Assembly: GCA_028534125.1 (NCBI GenBank)
Contig: CM052816.1
Coordinates: 76,200,001 to 76,264,000 of the forward strand
DNA: 64,000 nucleotides
Direction of reading: 5' to 3'
Source: Lama glama
Taxonomy: Eukaryota
Under the pieces are notes generated by a model. The model saw only the letters and a list, made by a program, of their open reading frames with translations, made no database searches and had not been told where the DNA came from. The position numbers and the translations under genes were made by a program. Position 1 is the stretch's first letter; each line of letters opens with the position of its first letter. Shown here in pieces: positions 63,340-64,000 of this stretch.

Positions 63340-63595
63340 TTATAATTTTTTTCTGTGTTTTCTTTTCTCTAGACTTAATATAAACCCAATTCCTTTTAAG
63401 ATTTATCCTTAAGTTCATTACCCTTCCTTGATCATTTCTGGTGCTCTTCTTTGAACCCTTTTCAGTTTTCCCATATTCTTAAAAGAGAAGAATTGAAACA
63501 GACAACTCTGATGCTCTGGTGCTCAATATGCCAGATAGCTTTAAAGTTATTTTTTCTATTAACAGATTCCTTTCAGCGGTGGCACCACATTGCCT
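63340..63595 (-). mobile_element. CR1/L3 LINE fragment (very old)
   Basis: ttctctagactta...cccaattccttt...gatcatttctggtgctcttctttgaaccc...cagttt...gaattgaaacag matches the antisense of the CR1 reverse transcriptase 3' region. Confidence 0.6.
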
Positions 63596-64000
63596 AAGAT
63601 AAACATTGTCTGTGGTGTTTTTAAAGCCGACATCTATTTGAGTCCATGTCCTTATCCACAGAACTCAACCGAAGGAGAAATGGAAAGGGGCATCTTTGTA
63701 AAAGCCTCTCTCTACCCCTCTGCTTTGAGTGGCTCATTCCAGAAGTCAGTTTTTTCTTTCTTGCTATGAAAGAATTTGTTTGCTAGATTTTCCTTAGAAT
63801 TTAGTTTAACAGCCGCTGGTGCCAATGGTGCTGACAAGAAACAAGAATTCGGATTAGCTTTTGCTGGTAGGGTATGATATCCAAATAGCTCTTTAATGAA
63901 GTGGGGAATGTGCTTGTTATATTTGGAGAGTATAATAACTCACAAATAATTAGCTTTCGCTTGTCAAATTTTAGCAAAACTATATACTTTTACTGACTTA

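Overview
AT-rich, gene-poor mammalian DNA (intergenic or deep intronic) with two 500-N assembly gaps (41780-42279, 57365-57864). I found no host protein-coding exon, RNA gene or CRISPR-like array that I can support, and I did not find a convincing new biological system. The only recognisable coding sequence comes from transposons: a decayed Tigger1 transposase (1-1780) and LINE-1 ORF1/ORF2. The main element is a relatively young minus-strand L1 (42280-45666) with an intact 5' end. Its ORF1 can be rebuilt to 300 aa by reverting one nonsense change and removing one 23-bp duplication, and its ORF2 runs into the first gap. The rest is a typical eutherian repeat landscape: older L1M, L2, MIR, CR1/L3, MaLR/ERVL LTRs, MER5/MER20/MER33/MER63 MITEs and a clean solo LTR with a 4-bp target-site duplication. 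The L1 3'UTR style suggests Cetartiodactyla, probably a camelid (inference from recalled consensus and no visible Alu/B1/PRE1/Bov-tA/CAN SINEs). The most interesting observations are atypical L1 integration products: a 60-bp tail-less piece at a TTTT/AAAAG site, a 400-bp internal ORF2 piece lacking both ends, and a 5'UTR-to-3'end fusion. There are also several non-repeat motif clusters that could be enhancers. Repeat family names come from recalled consensus sequences rather than a search, and boundaries of old repeats are approximate.
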